A stretch of 27,209 nucleotides of DNA from a virus (Duplodnaviria > Caudoviricetes), in IMG/VR virus record IMGVR_UViG_3300032373_000840, positions 1 through 27,209 of that record; one strand, written 5' to 3'. Both the position numbers and the translations under genes were made by a program. The number at the start of each line of letters is the position of its first letter. Positions within the stretch are counted from its first letter, which is position 1. The notes below the pieces were generated by a model. The model did not search any database. It was given only the letters and a program-made list of their open reading frames with translations, and had not been told where the DNA came from. This document shows positions 16,585 to 26,540 of this stretch, piece by piece.

Positions 16585-16950
16585 ATGGGTAATAAGATAA
16601 CGGGTACAGGTACGATTAGTGTTGATGGCGCACAACTTGAGAGCTTAGACGATGGTATTAATATTGATATGGGTGGCTTTAAACGCGACCCAAAATCTGG
16701 CTCCGGTCAAGTGTCAGGCTATCAAGAGAAAGTCGAGCCGCCGATGCTTGAGGTTAAAGTGCATCATAAAAAAGAAACCTCACTGGTGTTTTTTAACAAT
16801 ATTACTAATGCAACGGTGACGGCCGAGCTTGATACCGGTGCGCAATACATTTATCAACAGTCATGGCTTGCTGAACCCGCAAAGATCGATGCCAGTGCGG
16901 GTGAAGTGTCGTTGAAGTTTCACGCTGTGCGTTGTGATGAGGTGCTGTGA
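16585..16950 (+). CDS. Tail tube protein (Mu gpM-like)
   Basis: 121 aa after the sheath; ITGTGTISVDG...NATVTAELDTG. Confidence 0.88.
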   Translation: MGNKITGTGTISVDGAQLESLDDGINIDMGGFKRDPKSGSGQVSGYQEKVEPPMLEVKVHHKKETSLVFFNNITNATVTAELDTGAQYIYQQSWLAEPAKIDASAGEVSLKFHAVRCDEVL

Positions 16951-17342
16951 TGGATGTCAAACTGGAAGATGGCGTTGAATATACGTTTCGCAGCAATCAA
17001 GGCGATGGGGATCGAAAAGAAAAAATTCGTGATTTAATTCTAGCACCGTTAGACGGTGGTAGCGTTATCGCGGCACAGCTGGAAAGTGAAGTACCTATTT
17101 ACCACGGCGGTGGTTTGCAACTAATGACTAGCCCCACGTTGATGGGTTTGAATGTATTGCGCCGACAAGTTAAAAAAGTCGGTGACTTGAATGGCCCTTT
17201 AACGATTGACCAGCTAAAACAAGTATCACCACGCGATATGGCGATATTACAGATCGCGGCTGAAAAACTCGACGAAGCCATGGCGAACACGGAGGGACTT
17301 GCCAGCCGGGGGCGAAATGAAACAGCTCAAAGCGCTGGTTGA
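16947..17342 (+). CDS. Tail assembly chaperone (Mu gp41-like)
   Basis: Lies between tube and tape measure; LRRQVKKVGDL.GPL....LKQVS.RD; slippery GGGGGCGA at 17308-17315. Confidence 0.85.
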   Translation: MMDVKLEDGVEYTFRSNQGDGDRKEKIRDLILAPLDGGSVIAAQLESEVPIYHGGGLQLMTSPTLMGLNVLRRQVKKVGDLNGPLTIDQLKQVSPRDMAILQIAAEKLDEAMANTEGLASRGRNETAQSAG

Positions 17343-17451
17343 TAACTGTTTATTGGTTTTGAGCTGTAAAACAACCATGAGCAGTGATTTCATTTTATCA
17401 CTGCCACTTCCTCAACTCATCACTTATACAAAGCGTGTATTAAATGGGTGA
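17317..17451 (+). CDS. Frameshift extension of the tail chaperone (GpE/gpGT-like)
   Basis: MKQLKALVDNCLLVLSCKTTMSSDFILSLPLPQLITYTKRVLNG in the -2/+1 frame directly after GGGGGCGA. Confidence 0.7.
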   Translation: MKQLKALVDNCLLVLSCKTTMSSDFILSLPLPQLITYTKRVLNG

Positions 17452-19114
17452 ACTAAAAACTTCATACATTATAAACCTTGCCGGTAATCTGTCACGTAAA
17501 GCGCGACAGTATACCCAAGACATGGGGCGCTTTTCTTCGAAGGGCCAGCGCTCTATGCGGTTCTTAAAAAAATCCACGGCGTTGGCCGGTAGAGGTTTGG
17601 ATAAGCTGGGTAATCGTTACACGGCGTTATTGACCGGTGGTGCTGCAATTGGTGCAGGCACGGCAACCGTGAACCTTGAAAGACGATTTACGCGTTTGGG
17701 TATTGATGCTCAACAGCCGATTGAAAAAATGAAAGAGCTAAAGAAACAGATTTTTGATGTAGCTCAAGCGCCTGATATCCGAATTGACCCGAGTCAGATC
17801 ATCAGTGCGATTGAAGAAATCACGCAGAAAACCGGAGATCTCGATTTTGCACAAGCCAATATGCGTAACCTCGCTTTGGCGATACAAGCAACGGGAGCAG
17901 CCGGTAAAGATATTGGCGGCATCGCGGCTGAGTTTCAAAAAATGGGAATCACTTCTCCCGATCAGTTATTACTAGCGCTTGATATTTTAAACGTGCAAGG
18001 TAAAGCAGGTGCATTTACTTTAGAAGAGTTGGCAACTTTAGGCCCAAAGGTCGTTTCTGCATATACCTCGATGGGGCGCGGAGGTCTATCGGCGATACGC
18101 GAAATGGGTGCAGCATTACAAGTTGTTCGACAAGGAACGGGAGAGTCTGCCAACGCCGCTACCGCATTTGAAGCAATGTTAAGCACCATTAGTGATCCCG
18201 TAAAAATTAAGAAACTAACAGCCGGAGGGATTAAGCTTTTTGATGAAAAAGAAGTAAGAGAAGATGGAACAAAAGTCTTTCGGTCTATCACTGATATTAT
18301 GGAACAGATTATCAAAGTTACCAAAGGCGATAAAATAAAAATAGGAACTATTTTCGATAGAGAGGCGATTCGTGCGTTTAATTCGTTGATGGGCGAATAC
18401 AAACTCACCGGTGATACAAAAAGCCTCGACCGGTTTTATGATGTGCATGCAGATGGTACAGAGACAATAAAAAATGCGACCCGTGCAGCACAAGACAGTG
18501 CCGCCGCATTTCGTAACTTACACACCTCCTGGCAACGTTTCGCAGATAATAAACTCACTGGGCCAATTAAAAGCTTAACCAATTTCCTCAATAGCGTTGA
18601 TGCTAAAACCGTGCAAACCTGGCTTGATATTGCAGCGGGTATTGCTGCGGCGGGTGCAGCAGCGATTGCGTTTAATATGGCCGTAAAGACAGGGCGCAAT
18701 GTTAAGTCTGTGTTGGGTGGTGGTGCGGGTAAAGGTGTAGGTAAATCATTAGCCACTAAAGTAGGCCTACCGGCTGCTGTGCTTGCCGGTGGTTATGTGG
18801 CGGGTGATGTCATATACAATAATTTTGTAAAAGGATCGGCGGCTGATAAAACCGTGGGCAGAGCCTTGGCCGAGTCTGACTATGTAACCAAGGTTCTCGC
18901 GTTTTTTGGAAACGATAAAGCCCAAACTAAGTTAGATTTTGACAAACAATTTGATTTAGCACGTCAGAGAAACAGTGCATCTACTACAACCCAACCACCC
19001 GAAGGCAAAGTCGTCATCGAGATCCAAAGCGAATCTCCCGTGGCTGTGCAATCACTCAACGCCAAAGGCATGCAACTCGATGTTGACACCGGCGTTATGG
19101 GAGCCGGTCAATGA
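17444..19114 (+). CDS. Tail tape measure protein
   Basis: Ala/Gly-rich helical 556 aa; QGKAGAFTLEELA motif; synteny. Confidence 0.9.
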   Translation: MGELKTSYIINLAGNLSRKARQYTQDMGRFSSKGQRSMRFLKKSTALAGRGLDKLGNRYTALLTGGAAIGAGTATVNLERRFTRLGIDAQQPIEKMKELKKQIFDVAQAPDIRIDPSQIISAIEEITQKTGDLDFAQANMRNLALAIQATGAAGKDIGGIAAEFQKMGITSPDQLLLALDILNVQGKAGAFTLEELATLGPKVVSAYTSMGRGGLSAIREMGAALQVVRQGTGESANAATAFEAMLSTISDPVKIKKLTAGGIKLFDEKEVREDGTKVFRSITDIMEQIIKVTKGDKIKIGTIFDREAIRAFNSLMGEYKLTGDTKSLDRFYDVHADGTETIKNATRAAQDSAAAFRNLHTSWQRFADNKLTGPIKSLTNFLNSVDAKTVQTWLDIAAGIAAAGAAAIAFNMAVKTGRNVKSVLGGGAGKGVGKSLATKVGLPAAVLAGGYVAGDVIYNNFVKGSAADKTVGRALAESDYVTKVLAFFGNDKAQTKLDFDKQFDLARQRNSASTTTQPPEGKVVIEIQSESPVAVQSLNAKGMQLDVDTGVMGAGQ

Positions 19115-20385
19115 GCTGGCGCGATACCTTAAAGCAAGCCAAATTCCGTGACGCGAAGTTTGAAGTCGATGTGGAAACCATGGGGTCATTCGGTCGTCGT
19201 TTAGCGGTACATGAATACCCTCGACGAAAATCAGAAATTGAAGACATGGGGCCGCGCACACCGGAGCATAACTTAGATGCGTATGTGATTGGGCCTAACT
19301 ATCACATTGCGCGTGATGCGTTGATTAAAGCACTGAACAAAGAAGGGCCGGGTACGCTGACGTTGCCGCGCCTTGGCGTTGTTAAGGCCCACGTTAAAGA
19401 TGCGCGTAAAATTGAAAGAAGTGATAAGGGTGGTTATTGCAAATTTGTATTGTCATTTATTGAGAGTGAAGCCGCCGAGAGTACGATTACGGTTAACACG
19501 CAAGCCGCTTTGGCGGTTGCGGCAAATAAGTCGATTGCAGATTCGATTAATGACTTTACTGAGAACTTTGCGATATTAGAAATGGCGGAGGATTTAGTGG
19601 CCGAGTTGCAAGACGACTTGGCCGATATTATCGGTGCGATTGACAATGTGGTGGGTTCTATTACCGGGCCTATCTCTGCGTTGATACGTGCGCCAGCCAA
19701 TTTTGCGGCTCAGTTATTGGGTGGCCTGGGTAAGATCAAAAACACCTTAACGGAACCGGTACGTGCTATCGGTATTTATAAAGGGCTGTTTGATTCCGGC
19801 AAAAAGAATGCGGCAACGGATACCGACGGTAAACAAGTTGATGTATCAACGGTTCCGCAATTAACACAGCAACGCAAAGACCAAGCCCAAGCACAAGAAC
19901 AACTCCGACAGTTAATAACCCGGCTTGCGATTGCGTTGTCTTGCCTTGTGGTTGCCGAAGATGACCCGAATGCCAGCGCGCTAGGCGCGGTAGACGATAT
20001 TGTGCGGGTGCGTGATGACTTGCTCGATGCGATTGATAACCAGCTTCGATCAACTTCAAATGTCATTAACGATCCTGCTACCAACAGTACATTGTTGGGT
20101 GATCCTGCGTTTAATACGGATGTGACCAACGCGCCGATTTCCGGTGTTGTGTATGCGTCATTTCAAGATCTATCAGGGGCGATTAATAAAGATTTAATTG
20201 ATCGCGCCGCGTCTGCACCTGGACTGGTTGATCACACGCCCTTAATCACCCTGCCAGCCATTGTGATTGCTTATCAGCAACACGGTGATGTGGCTAAGGA
20301 AAAAGACATTGTGCGCTTGAATAAAATAAAACGCGCTGGGTTTGTACCCGGTGGCGAACCGATTAAGTTGCTCGTTAATGCCTAA
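19111..20385 (+). CDS. DNA circularization protein (Mu gpN/gp43-like)
   Basis: MSWRDTLKQAKFR...GRRLAVHEYP...EDMG; C-terminal IVRLNKI...GFVPGG. Confidence 0.92.
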   Translation: MSWRDTLKQAKFRDAKFEVDVETMGSFGRRLAVHEYPRRKSEIEDMGPRTPEHNLDAYVIGPNYHIARDALIKALNKEGPGTLTLPRLGVVKAHVKDARKIERSDKGGYCKFVLSFIESEAAESTITVNTQAALAVAANKSIADSINDFTENFAILEMAEDLVAELQDDLADIIGAIDNVVGSITGPISALIRAPANFAAQLLGGLGKIKNTLTEPVRAIGIYKGLFDSGKKNAATDTDGKQVDVSTVPQLTQQRKDQAQAQEQLRQLITRLAIALSCLVVAEDDPNASALGAVDDIVRVRDDLLDAIDNQLRSTSNVINDPATNSTLLGDPAFNTDVTNAPISGVVYASFQDLSGAINKDLIDRAASAPGLVDHTPLITLPAIVIAYQQHGDVAKEKDIVRLNKIKRAGFVPGGEPIKLLVNA

Positions 20386-21436
20386 CGATCACCAAAGCAA
20401 TCATCAAAGCACGGTTGAATTATTAATAGGCTCACAAATCTATACCGGGTGGAAAGAGGTCAAGGTGATTCCTTCTATTTCCTCGATTGCTGGGTCGTTT
20501 GATTTAGCGATGACAGATATAAAAGCTAAACGCGTTCGTGAAGTGCATGAGGGCGATGAATGCCAAATCAAGTTAAATGGCGAGTTAGTGATTGATGGTT
20601 ATATTGATGATGTATTGCCTTTTTTTGATGCAAAAGATCATGGTGTACGGGTTACCGGTAGAGACAAAACAGCGGACTTGATAGATTGCTCGGCGGTGTT
20701 TGACCCTGGTGAATGGAACAAACAAACGCTCTTAGAAATCGCTAAAGATGTATGTGCAGTGTATAGCGTTGAGGTTGTCGCAGATGTTGACGTAGGGCCA
20801 GCATTTAAAAAGTTCCGGCTTGAGCCGGGTGAAAGTTGTTTTGATTTACTGGATAGAGCAGCCCGTATGCGCGGTGTGTTATTGATACCTAATAACGGAC
20901 AATTGTTAATAACCCGTGCGGGTACCGATGTAGCACCCACTGCATTGGTTGAAGGCGTTAATATCAAAGGTGGTAATGCGCTACGCTCGTATAGAGACCG
21001 ATACAAAACGTATATCGTTAAAGGTCAATCGGATGATGAGGGTTTTACGGAACCGGGTTTATCAGTAGGGCCATCCGAAACGGTGACAGATGATGATGTG
21101 ACACGTGAACGCACACTCGTAATATTGGCGGAAGATGCAGCGGATGCAACAGCTTGTGAAGCCCAGGCAATTTGGGAACGCAATGTAAGACGTGCGAGGT
21201 CTCGACGTGCTGAAATCGTTGTACAGGGCTGGAATCATGACAAAGGTTTGTGGCGAAGGAATACATTAGTGCCGGTGAAGTCGGAAATGCTGAGTATTAA
21301 CCAAGAGCTTTTGATTGAAACCATTTCTTATACGCTTAATAAAGACGGTACGCTCGCAACGATGAATGTGGTACCGGCTGAAGCGTATGAAGTGTTGCCT
21401 TTAAAAGAAAAAAAGGATGATGACCCATGGCTGTAA
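20378..21436 (+). CDS. Baseplate hub protein (Mu gpP/gp44-like)
   Basis: YTGWKEV, VIDGYID, GRDKTADLIDCS, VQGW...LW..NTLV. Confidence 0.92.
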   Translation: MPNDHQSNHQSTVELLIGSQIYTGWKEVKVIPSISSIAGSFDLAMTDIKAKRVREVHEGDECQIKLNGELVIDGYIDDVLPFFDAKDHGVRVTGRDKTADLIDCSAVFDPGEWNKQTLLEIAKDVCAVYSVEVVADVDVGPAFKKFRLEPGESCFDLLDRAARMRGVLLIPNNGQLLITRAGTDVAPTALVEGVNIKGGNALRSYRDRYKTYIVKGQSDDEGFTEPGLSVGPSETVTDDDVTRERTLVILAEDAADATACEAQAIWERNVRRARSRRAEIVVQGWNHDKGLWRRNTLVPVKSEMLSINQELLIETISYTLNKDGTLATMNVVPAEAYEVLPLKEKKDDDPWL

Positions 21437-22002
21437 TGCAGCTTGTAATACAGAGTGTTAATCGGCTTTTAAAGCCTGTTTATCGACGCATTAAATTGAT
21501 TGTAAATTTGGCGTATGTCGTATTGGTGAAAGACGATAAGGGCTTGCAACGCTTACAAGTTAAATCGCTGGCCGGTGAGGTGTTAGATGATGTTGAACGT
21601 GTGCAGAATTATGGATTTACGTCACACCCGCATGCGGATGCTAAAGCGGTCATGCTTTCTATTGGTGGCCGCCGTTCTCATGCCGTGGTTATTTGCGTTG
21701 ATGATGTACGTTATCGTTTAAAAAGTTTGGCGCAAGGTGAAGTGGCAATTTACACCGATGAAGGGGATTACATACATATAAAACGCGGTGGCACGATTGC
21801 GATTACGGCAGCGACAAAGCTGGAGATTAATGCACCTAATGTTTCTATTACGGGTGATTTGAGTGCTGCAAATGTTACGGCTACTGGTGATGTGAGTGAT
21901 AGCGCGGGCAGCATGGCAGATATTAGAACAACCCATGATGCTCATACTCACACATGTGCTGGCCCCGGCAACCCATCATCAACACCGGTAGTAGAGCCGT
22001 AA
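21427..22002 (+). CDS. Baseplate spike protein (Mu gp45-like)
   Basis: VERVQNYGFTSHP, GEVAIY, C-terminal HxH metal-binding motif HDAHTH. Confidence 0.92.
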   Translation: MAVMQLVIQSVNRLLKPVYRRIKLIVNLAYVVLVKDDKGLQRLQVKSLAGEVLDDVERVQNYGFTSHPHADAKAVMLSIGGRRSHAVVICVDDVRYRLKSLAQGEVAIYTDEGDYIHIKRGGTIAITAATKLEINAPNVSITGDLSAANVTATGDVSDSAGSMADIRTTHDAHTHTCAGPGNPSSTPVVEP

Positions 22003-22005
22003 TCC

Positions 22006-22464
22006 ATGACTGATCTCGCACTAATACATGATCCTAATAATTATTCACCGCTGTTTGATCTTTCAATTCTAGGCGGAGAAATTGTAACGGATAACGGTTT
22101 GTACACCGCTGTGGTCTTAAGTTTGTTTTTAGATAAACGTGCCTCACCTGATGAGGTTGAAGATGATGATCTTCGTGGTTGGTGGGGTAATCAGTTTAAT
22201 GATGACGATGATGAGTATGGTTCTTTTTTATGGTTGTTAAAGCGTGAAAAGCAAAAAGAAGAAGTCGCAGGGCTTGCCGAAGATTATGCATTGGATGCAC
22301 TGGCCTGGATGGTTGAAGACGGTATTGTTAGTAATGCCGTCGTTGTAACGGAATGGGTAGAGCGCGGTGTGCTTGGAATGGTCGTTAAACTTAAGAAACC
22401 CAATGGTGATGAGATTAGTTTTCGGTTTAATAATTTGTGGAACGAGGTGTTAAATGCCGGTTGA
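22006..22464 (+). CDS. Baseplate protein (Mu gp46-like)
   Basis: LYTAVVLSLFLD.RA...RGWWG...GSFLWLLKREK. Confidence 0.92.
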   Translation: MTDLALIHDPNNYSPLFDLSILGGEIVTDNGLYTAVVLSLFLDKRASPDEVEDDDLRGWWGNQFNDDDDEYGSFLWLLKREKQKEEVAGLAEDYALDALAWMVEDGIVSNAVVVTEWVERGVLGMVVKLKKPNGDEISFRFNNLWNEVLNAG

Positions 22465-23515
22465 TAGACCAACGCTAGACCAATTAATCGCCCGTGGTCA
22501 ATCTGATATGGATACCCATTTGGTGGGTATTGACCCACGCCTACGTCGTCGGTTAGCGGATATTATTCTACGCATGCATGCGGGTGCTATGCATGGTTTG
22601 TATGACTACATTGAAAGTGTTCCAAAAAAACGGTTTTTTATTCAGACAGCAGATGCAGAAGGTTTGGATGATTGGGGCGGTGACTACGCCATACCTAAAA
22701 AAGATGTTGCGAATGCTAAAGGTAAGATTACATTTGCCGGCACGGACACGACTAATATTCAGGCGGGTACTTTTATACAACGTGCAGATAACGTTAAGTA
22801 CACCACCGATGCACTCGCGACGATTGCCGCCGGTGTTGCGCTGGTTGATGTAACGGCGGTAGAAGTTGGTAGTGATAGTAACGCGATTGCCGCTACCGTT
22901 TTAACGTTGATTAGTCCTATACCTGGTATTGATAGCACTGCAATAGTCGATGTAAATGCATTGACCGGTGGTGTTGGCGAAGAAGACATTGAAGACTACC
23001 GAGGCCGATTGATCGAGCGAAAACGACAAGCACCGCACGGCGGTAATGACGCTGATTATATTGCATGGGCAAAAGAAGTTCCGGGTGTTACAAGGGCATG
23101 GTGTTACCCACGTGAAAACGGAAATGGATCTGTTGTTGTTCGCTTTATGATGGATGATAGTTATGTCGATGGTATTCCTCTAGCCGGTGATGTAACCACG
23201 GTGTTTAATTATATCGATGCGTTGCGCCCTAATTCATATCAAGATTTTCAAGTACAAGCACCGATACCCCATATTGTTAATTTCACGCTTTCTGTTACGC
23301 CGGATATCATCGCGGTTAAGAATGCGGTTGAAGCCAGTATTAAGGATTTTTACACACGCAATTCCGAACCCGGTGGCACCATGTTACTCACCCAAACCAA
23401 TGAAGCGATTAGCTTAGCATCCGGTGAAACCGATCATGATTTAACAATACCTGCGGCGAATGTTGTTCCCACAACGCCTGAAATCGCGGTGGTCGGTGCC
23501 TTCACATGGGAATGA
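22454..23515 (+). CDS. Baseplate J-like wedge protein (Mu gp47-like)
   Basis: RPTLDQL, PHGGNDADYIAWAKEVPGVTRAW. Confidence 0.93.
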   Translation: MPVDRPTLDQLIARGQSDMDTHLVGIDPRLRRRLADIILRMHAGAMHGLYDYIESVPKKRFFIQTADAEGLDDWGGDYAIPKKDVANAKGKITFAGTDTTNIQAGTFIQRADNVKYTTDALATIAAGVALVDVTAVEVGSDSNAIAATVLTLISPIPGIDSTAIVDVNALTGGVGEEDIEDYRGRLIERKRQAPHGGNDADYIAWAKEVPGVTRAWCYPRENGNGSVVVRFMMDDSYVDGIPLAGDVTTVFNYIDALRPNSYQDFQVQAPIPHIVNFTLSVTPDIIAVKNAVEASIKDFYTRNSEPGGTMLLTQTNEAISLASGETDHDLTIPAANVVPTTPEIAVVGAFTWE

Positions 23516-24036
23516 GTGTTGATGATTACTTGCAGCAAATGTTGGCGTTACAACCGCCCGGTGATGCATTGCCCACTGACTTGGAATCTGATTGGGCATT
23601 ACTCTTAAAAGCGCTGGCTGAAGAATTTGCCCGTGCAGATGCAATGATCGAACAATTAACCACTGAAATATTACCGAGCAAAACGTCTGCGTTATTGCCT
23701 GAGTATGAAGAAATGCTAGCGCTTCCTGATTTATGTACGTTTGATTATTTAGCCCTTGAAGAGCGTGTAAAGGCCGTTCACGCACGTTTTACAGCGAGTG
23801 GTGGAAGTAATAATAAATACTGGATTGATATGGCGGCGGCGTTTGGTTTTACGATTACGATTGATAGCTTCCTGCATATCTGGCGCGTGTATGCACCTGG
23901 GCAAGCACAAATGGCCGTGGCCGGTGCAGCGGTAGCGGGTGACCCAATCCGCGAATGGGGTGCCGAAGCCGTGATGGAATGTACGTTTAAAAAACTAGGA
24001 CAATCTCACGCACGCGTTGATTTTGCGTATACCTAA
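23506..24036 (+). CDS. Baseplate protein, Mu gp48/DUF2313 family
   Basis: YLQQMLALQPPG...LLPEYE.MLALPD...ECTFKKL..SH. Confidence 0.88.
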   Translation: MGMSVDDYLQQMLALQPPGDALPTDLESDWALLLKALAEEFARADAMIEQLTTEILPSKTSALLPEYEEMLALPDLCTFDYLALEERVKAVHARFTASGGSNNKYWIDMAAAFGFTITIDSFLHIWRVYAPGQAQMAVAGAAVAGDPIREWGAEAVMECTFKKLGQSHARVDFAYT

Positions 24037-24053
24037 AATGTTAGAGGTGAAAA

Positions 24054-26156
24054 ATGCATAAGATAGGCATCGATACAAGTACCGCAGATGGTGCAAATGA
24101 ATTCACCGAAGGTGTGCCGGGTGTAACACCTGCTACTAATATCATGACACCGTGGTTGAACACAATACAGCGTGAAGGCGCTGGCCTCGTTGAAGCCTCT
24201 GGCCAAGCGTTAAATCCTGCCGATGATCTGCAATGGGTGAAGTCGGTTGGCGTTGTACTCAACACCATGGCCGAACTCGATGCGGTTGCTGACCCTACGA
24301 TTTATCGTTCAGTTTTTGTTTTGGGATACGACACACCCGGTGATGGGGGAGGAGGGCCGTATAATTGGAAAAGTGCATCGGTTTTAACGCATAACGCAGG
24401 TACGGTGTGGTTGCCGGCAGGGCATGTTGGGGCTGGAAGGTTTGAGCTACAGCATAACGACACAGTTTGCCTAGAGCAGTTTGGTGTTAAGTTTGACGGC
24501 GCTACAGTAAACACGACAGCCATTCAATATGCGTTTGATGCAGGCATCTCTAACTTGACATCAGGTGCCGGTATCGCGGTTACGGGCGCGATCACGATTA
24601 CAGCCTCAGTTAATTATGCAGCAAGTAAGTCAATATTTAAACTCGCTGCAAACTCAAGTGTCATTATTCAAGACACATCTAATGTAACCATTACAGGACT
24701 AGAGGTGGACGGTGATAATTATCTAAATTTAGACCACGGTATTTTAATTCAACGTGCTTCATATGTAAGAGTTGAAAAATGTTATTTTCATCATGTTAAG
24801 AAAAACGGTATTTCCGTGGGTGGTAACGAGACGAAGTCAGGGCATCGATTTATAGATAATGACTTCGATTTTATTGGAGCTGAGGGTGTAGACGGATCAA
24901 TTGAAGGCAATCCAATATATTCATATTATACCGATGATGTTGAAATACGATTTAACAGGATCTCAAAATGCAATGGTATCGGTATTAATGTTATCGGCCC
25001 TACAGACAATACATGGGTGGCCAATAATACGATAAATGATACATTCGCAACAGGTATCCAGCTAGGACTTGGTATCAAAACAAGAGCGCTAGTCACACAT
25101 AACACTTTAAAGAATATCGGCACCGAGGATGCGTCAACAGTCACAACTGGTAAAGTGGGTATATTCGTATGGGAAGTATATGCCGCAGATGTCTCGGTTT
25201 CACCGTGGGAGGTTATGGTGACACATAATAACATCGAGAATGTGATTGAAAATGGAATTGAGGGCGCGTGTTATGCGATATCAAATACAATTAAAAATAC
25301 CCATGTTAATCCTTTACACACAACTCCGAGCCGTGCGGGCATCTCGTTATCATCTCAAGCGTGCGCCATCAATAACACGGTAATCAATCCGGGTGGGGAT
25401 GGTATTTACTCAAACTATCCGTATAAACAGCGTATCACAGGTAATAAGATAATTGATCCGTTAGGTTATGCAGGTATAAGGGTAAAACTGTTATACGCAG
25501 TAAGTGGAGTCAATAAAGCTGAAAACTTTATATGTTCAGATAACATTATTTCAGATGCAGGTGCGAATATAACGAACGGTATCTTTCTGTTTAAAGATGG
25601 CTCAACCACAATTGATGCCGGGAGTTGCTCGGTATCTAATAACACAATAACGGGTCAATCAGCGGAAGGAGTTAAGGATTCTATAGGAATTACAGCTAGT
25701 CACAACACTGGTTTGGATGCTCATTCAATTAGTCTTCATAATTATACGTCTGAGTTAAAAGATTTAGTTCCTAAATCGGGTGCCAGCAACATGCGATGGT
25801 CGTGGAGCTATGGCATGCGCTATAGCGATGCAAATGATAACTGGGATTTAATCAGTAGTTCGACACGAACAATGATAGTACATGATAATAATGCAATATC
25901 TATGTTTTTAGTCGACAGCGCCGTGAGCACACCCATTAGCTCAACAACGTTGAGAAACAACCATACAGTTCTTCAGGTCACGAATAACAAAGTAGTCCAA
26001 TGTCCTGGCGGGGTTAGTACATTTACAAAAGCTGGTATACCCTCAGATGCTGATTTTAGTAGTCCGCCACCGAGCGGCACGATTGTTATTGACACAACAA
26101 ATAATCGTATTTATGCAAAATCAGGCGTGTGGTGGATGAGCGCGGCATTAAGCTAG
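24054..26156 (+). CDS. Tailspike/receptor-binding protein with a pectate-lyase-like right-handed beta-helix
   Basis: Mu-type anchor (FTEG.P...PAT.....WLNTIQRE), GYDTPGDGGGG domain, EQFGVKFDGATVNTTAIQYA start of the beta-helix, many I.NN.I repeats. Confidence 0.88.
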   Translation: MHKIGIDTSTADGANEFTEGVPGVTPATNIMTPWLNTIQREGAGLVEASGQALNPADDLQWVKSVGVVLNTMAELDAVADPTIYRSVFVLGYDTPGDGGGGPYNWKSASVLTHNAGTVWLPAGHVGAGRFELQHNDTVCLEQFGVKFDGATVNTTAIQYAFDAGISNLTSGAGIAVTGAITITASVNYAASKSIFKLAANSSVIIQDTSNVTITGLEVDGDNYLNLDHGILIQRASYVRVEKCYFHHVKKNGISVGGNETKSGHRFIDNDFDFIGAEGVDGSIEGNPIYSYYTDDVEIRFNRISKCNGIGINVIGPTDNTWVANNTINDTFATGIQLGLGIKTRALVTHNTLKNIGTEDASTVTTGKVGIFVWEVYAADVSVSPWEVMVTHNNIENVIENGIEGACYAISNTIKNTHVNPLHTTPSRAGISLSSQACAINNTVINPGGDGIYSNYPYKQRITGNKIIDPLGYAGIRVKLLYAVSGVNKAENFICSDNIISDAGANITNGIFLFKDGSTTIDAGSCSVSNNTITGQSAEGVKDSIGITASHNTGLDAHSISLHNYTSELKDLVPKSGASNMRWSWSYGMRYSDANDNWDLISSSTRTMIVHDNNAISMFLVDSAVSTPISSTTLRNNHTVLQVTNNKVVQCPGGVSTFTKAGIPSDADFSSPPPSGTIVIDTTNNRIYAKSGVWWMSAALS

Positions 26157-26330
26157 TAATTAGCAGGTAGGGTGTGCTATTCAACTATCAAGTTAAGTGT
26201 CGCACGATGTTTTAAAACACATTTAATCACTGGATCAAAATTGAATTATTAAAGCGTATTTTAAACACTGGATGTATCCATGAGTTAATAAGGGGAATAG
26301 GGGTGTCGCACAGGGCCTTGAAACCGGTGT

Positions 26331-26379
26331 AACTCTCAAGTTACGTGTCGCAAGCTCTCAAGTTAGCCGCCGCGCTACT
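26331..26379. repeat. Inner (probably relic) Mu-type right end
   Basis: CTCTCAAGTTA at 26333 and 26355 (22 bp apart), a related copy at 26183-26204, terminus CGCCGCGCTACT. Confidence 0.7.
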
Positions 26380-26392
26380 GGGGGCATTATAG

Positions 26393-26476
26393 TTGTCTTA
26401 AAATGACTGTAAATAGCCTTTAAAACCCCGTCTAAAAATGACTGCCAGATTGTCTAAAAATGATCGCCGGGCTACA
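26393..26476. repeat. Outer (probably active) Mu-type right end, attR
   Basis: GTCT(T/A)AAAATGA x3 (26395, 26430, 26452), terminus CGCCGGGCTACA with the canonical CA-3'. Confidence 0.85.
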
Positions 26477-26540
26477 TAAATAACCACTTGGGTAGTTAAT
26501 CTGGGATTGAGAATTAGAGAATCAATTAGCGCAACATGAG

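Larger units (their letters stand above)
1..26476. mobile_element. Mu-like transposable prophage (myovirus type); left part extends beyond the window
   Basis: MuA/MuB pair, ner and repressor switch, Mu-order head and tail genes, and a right end with 22-bp-spaced repeats ending in ...GGGCTACA at 26476. Confidence 0.95.

Noticed and set aside
15198-24523. Numerous short minus-strand and alternate-frame ORFs across the tail operon
   Set aside because: Shadows of well-supported structural genes
26183-26476. Repeats as a CRISPR array or invertase (gix) sites
   Set aside because: Units are short with no unique spacers, there is no cas or invertase gene, and the geometry and terminal CA fit transposase-binding ends
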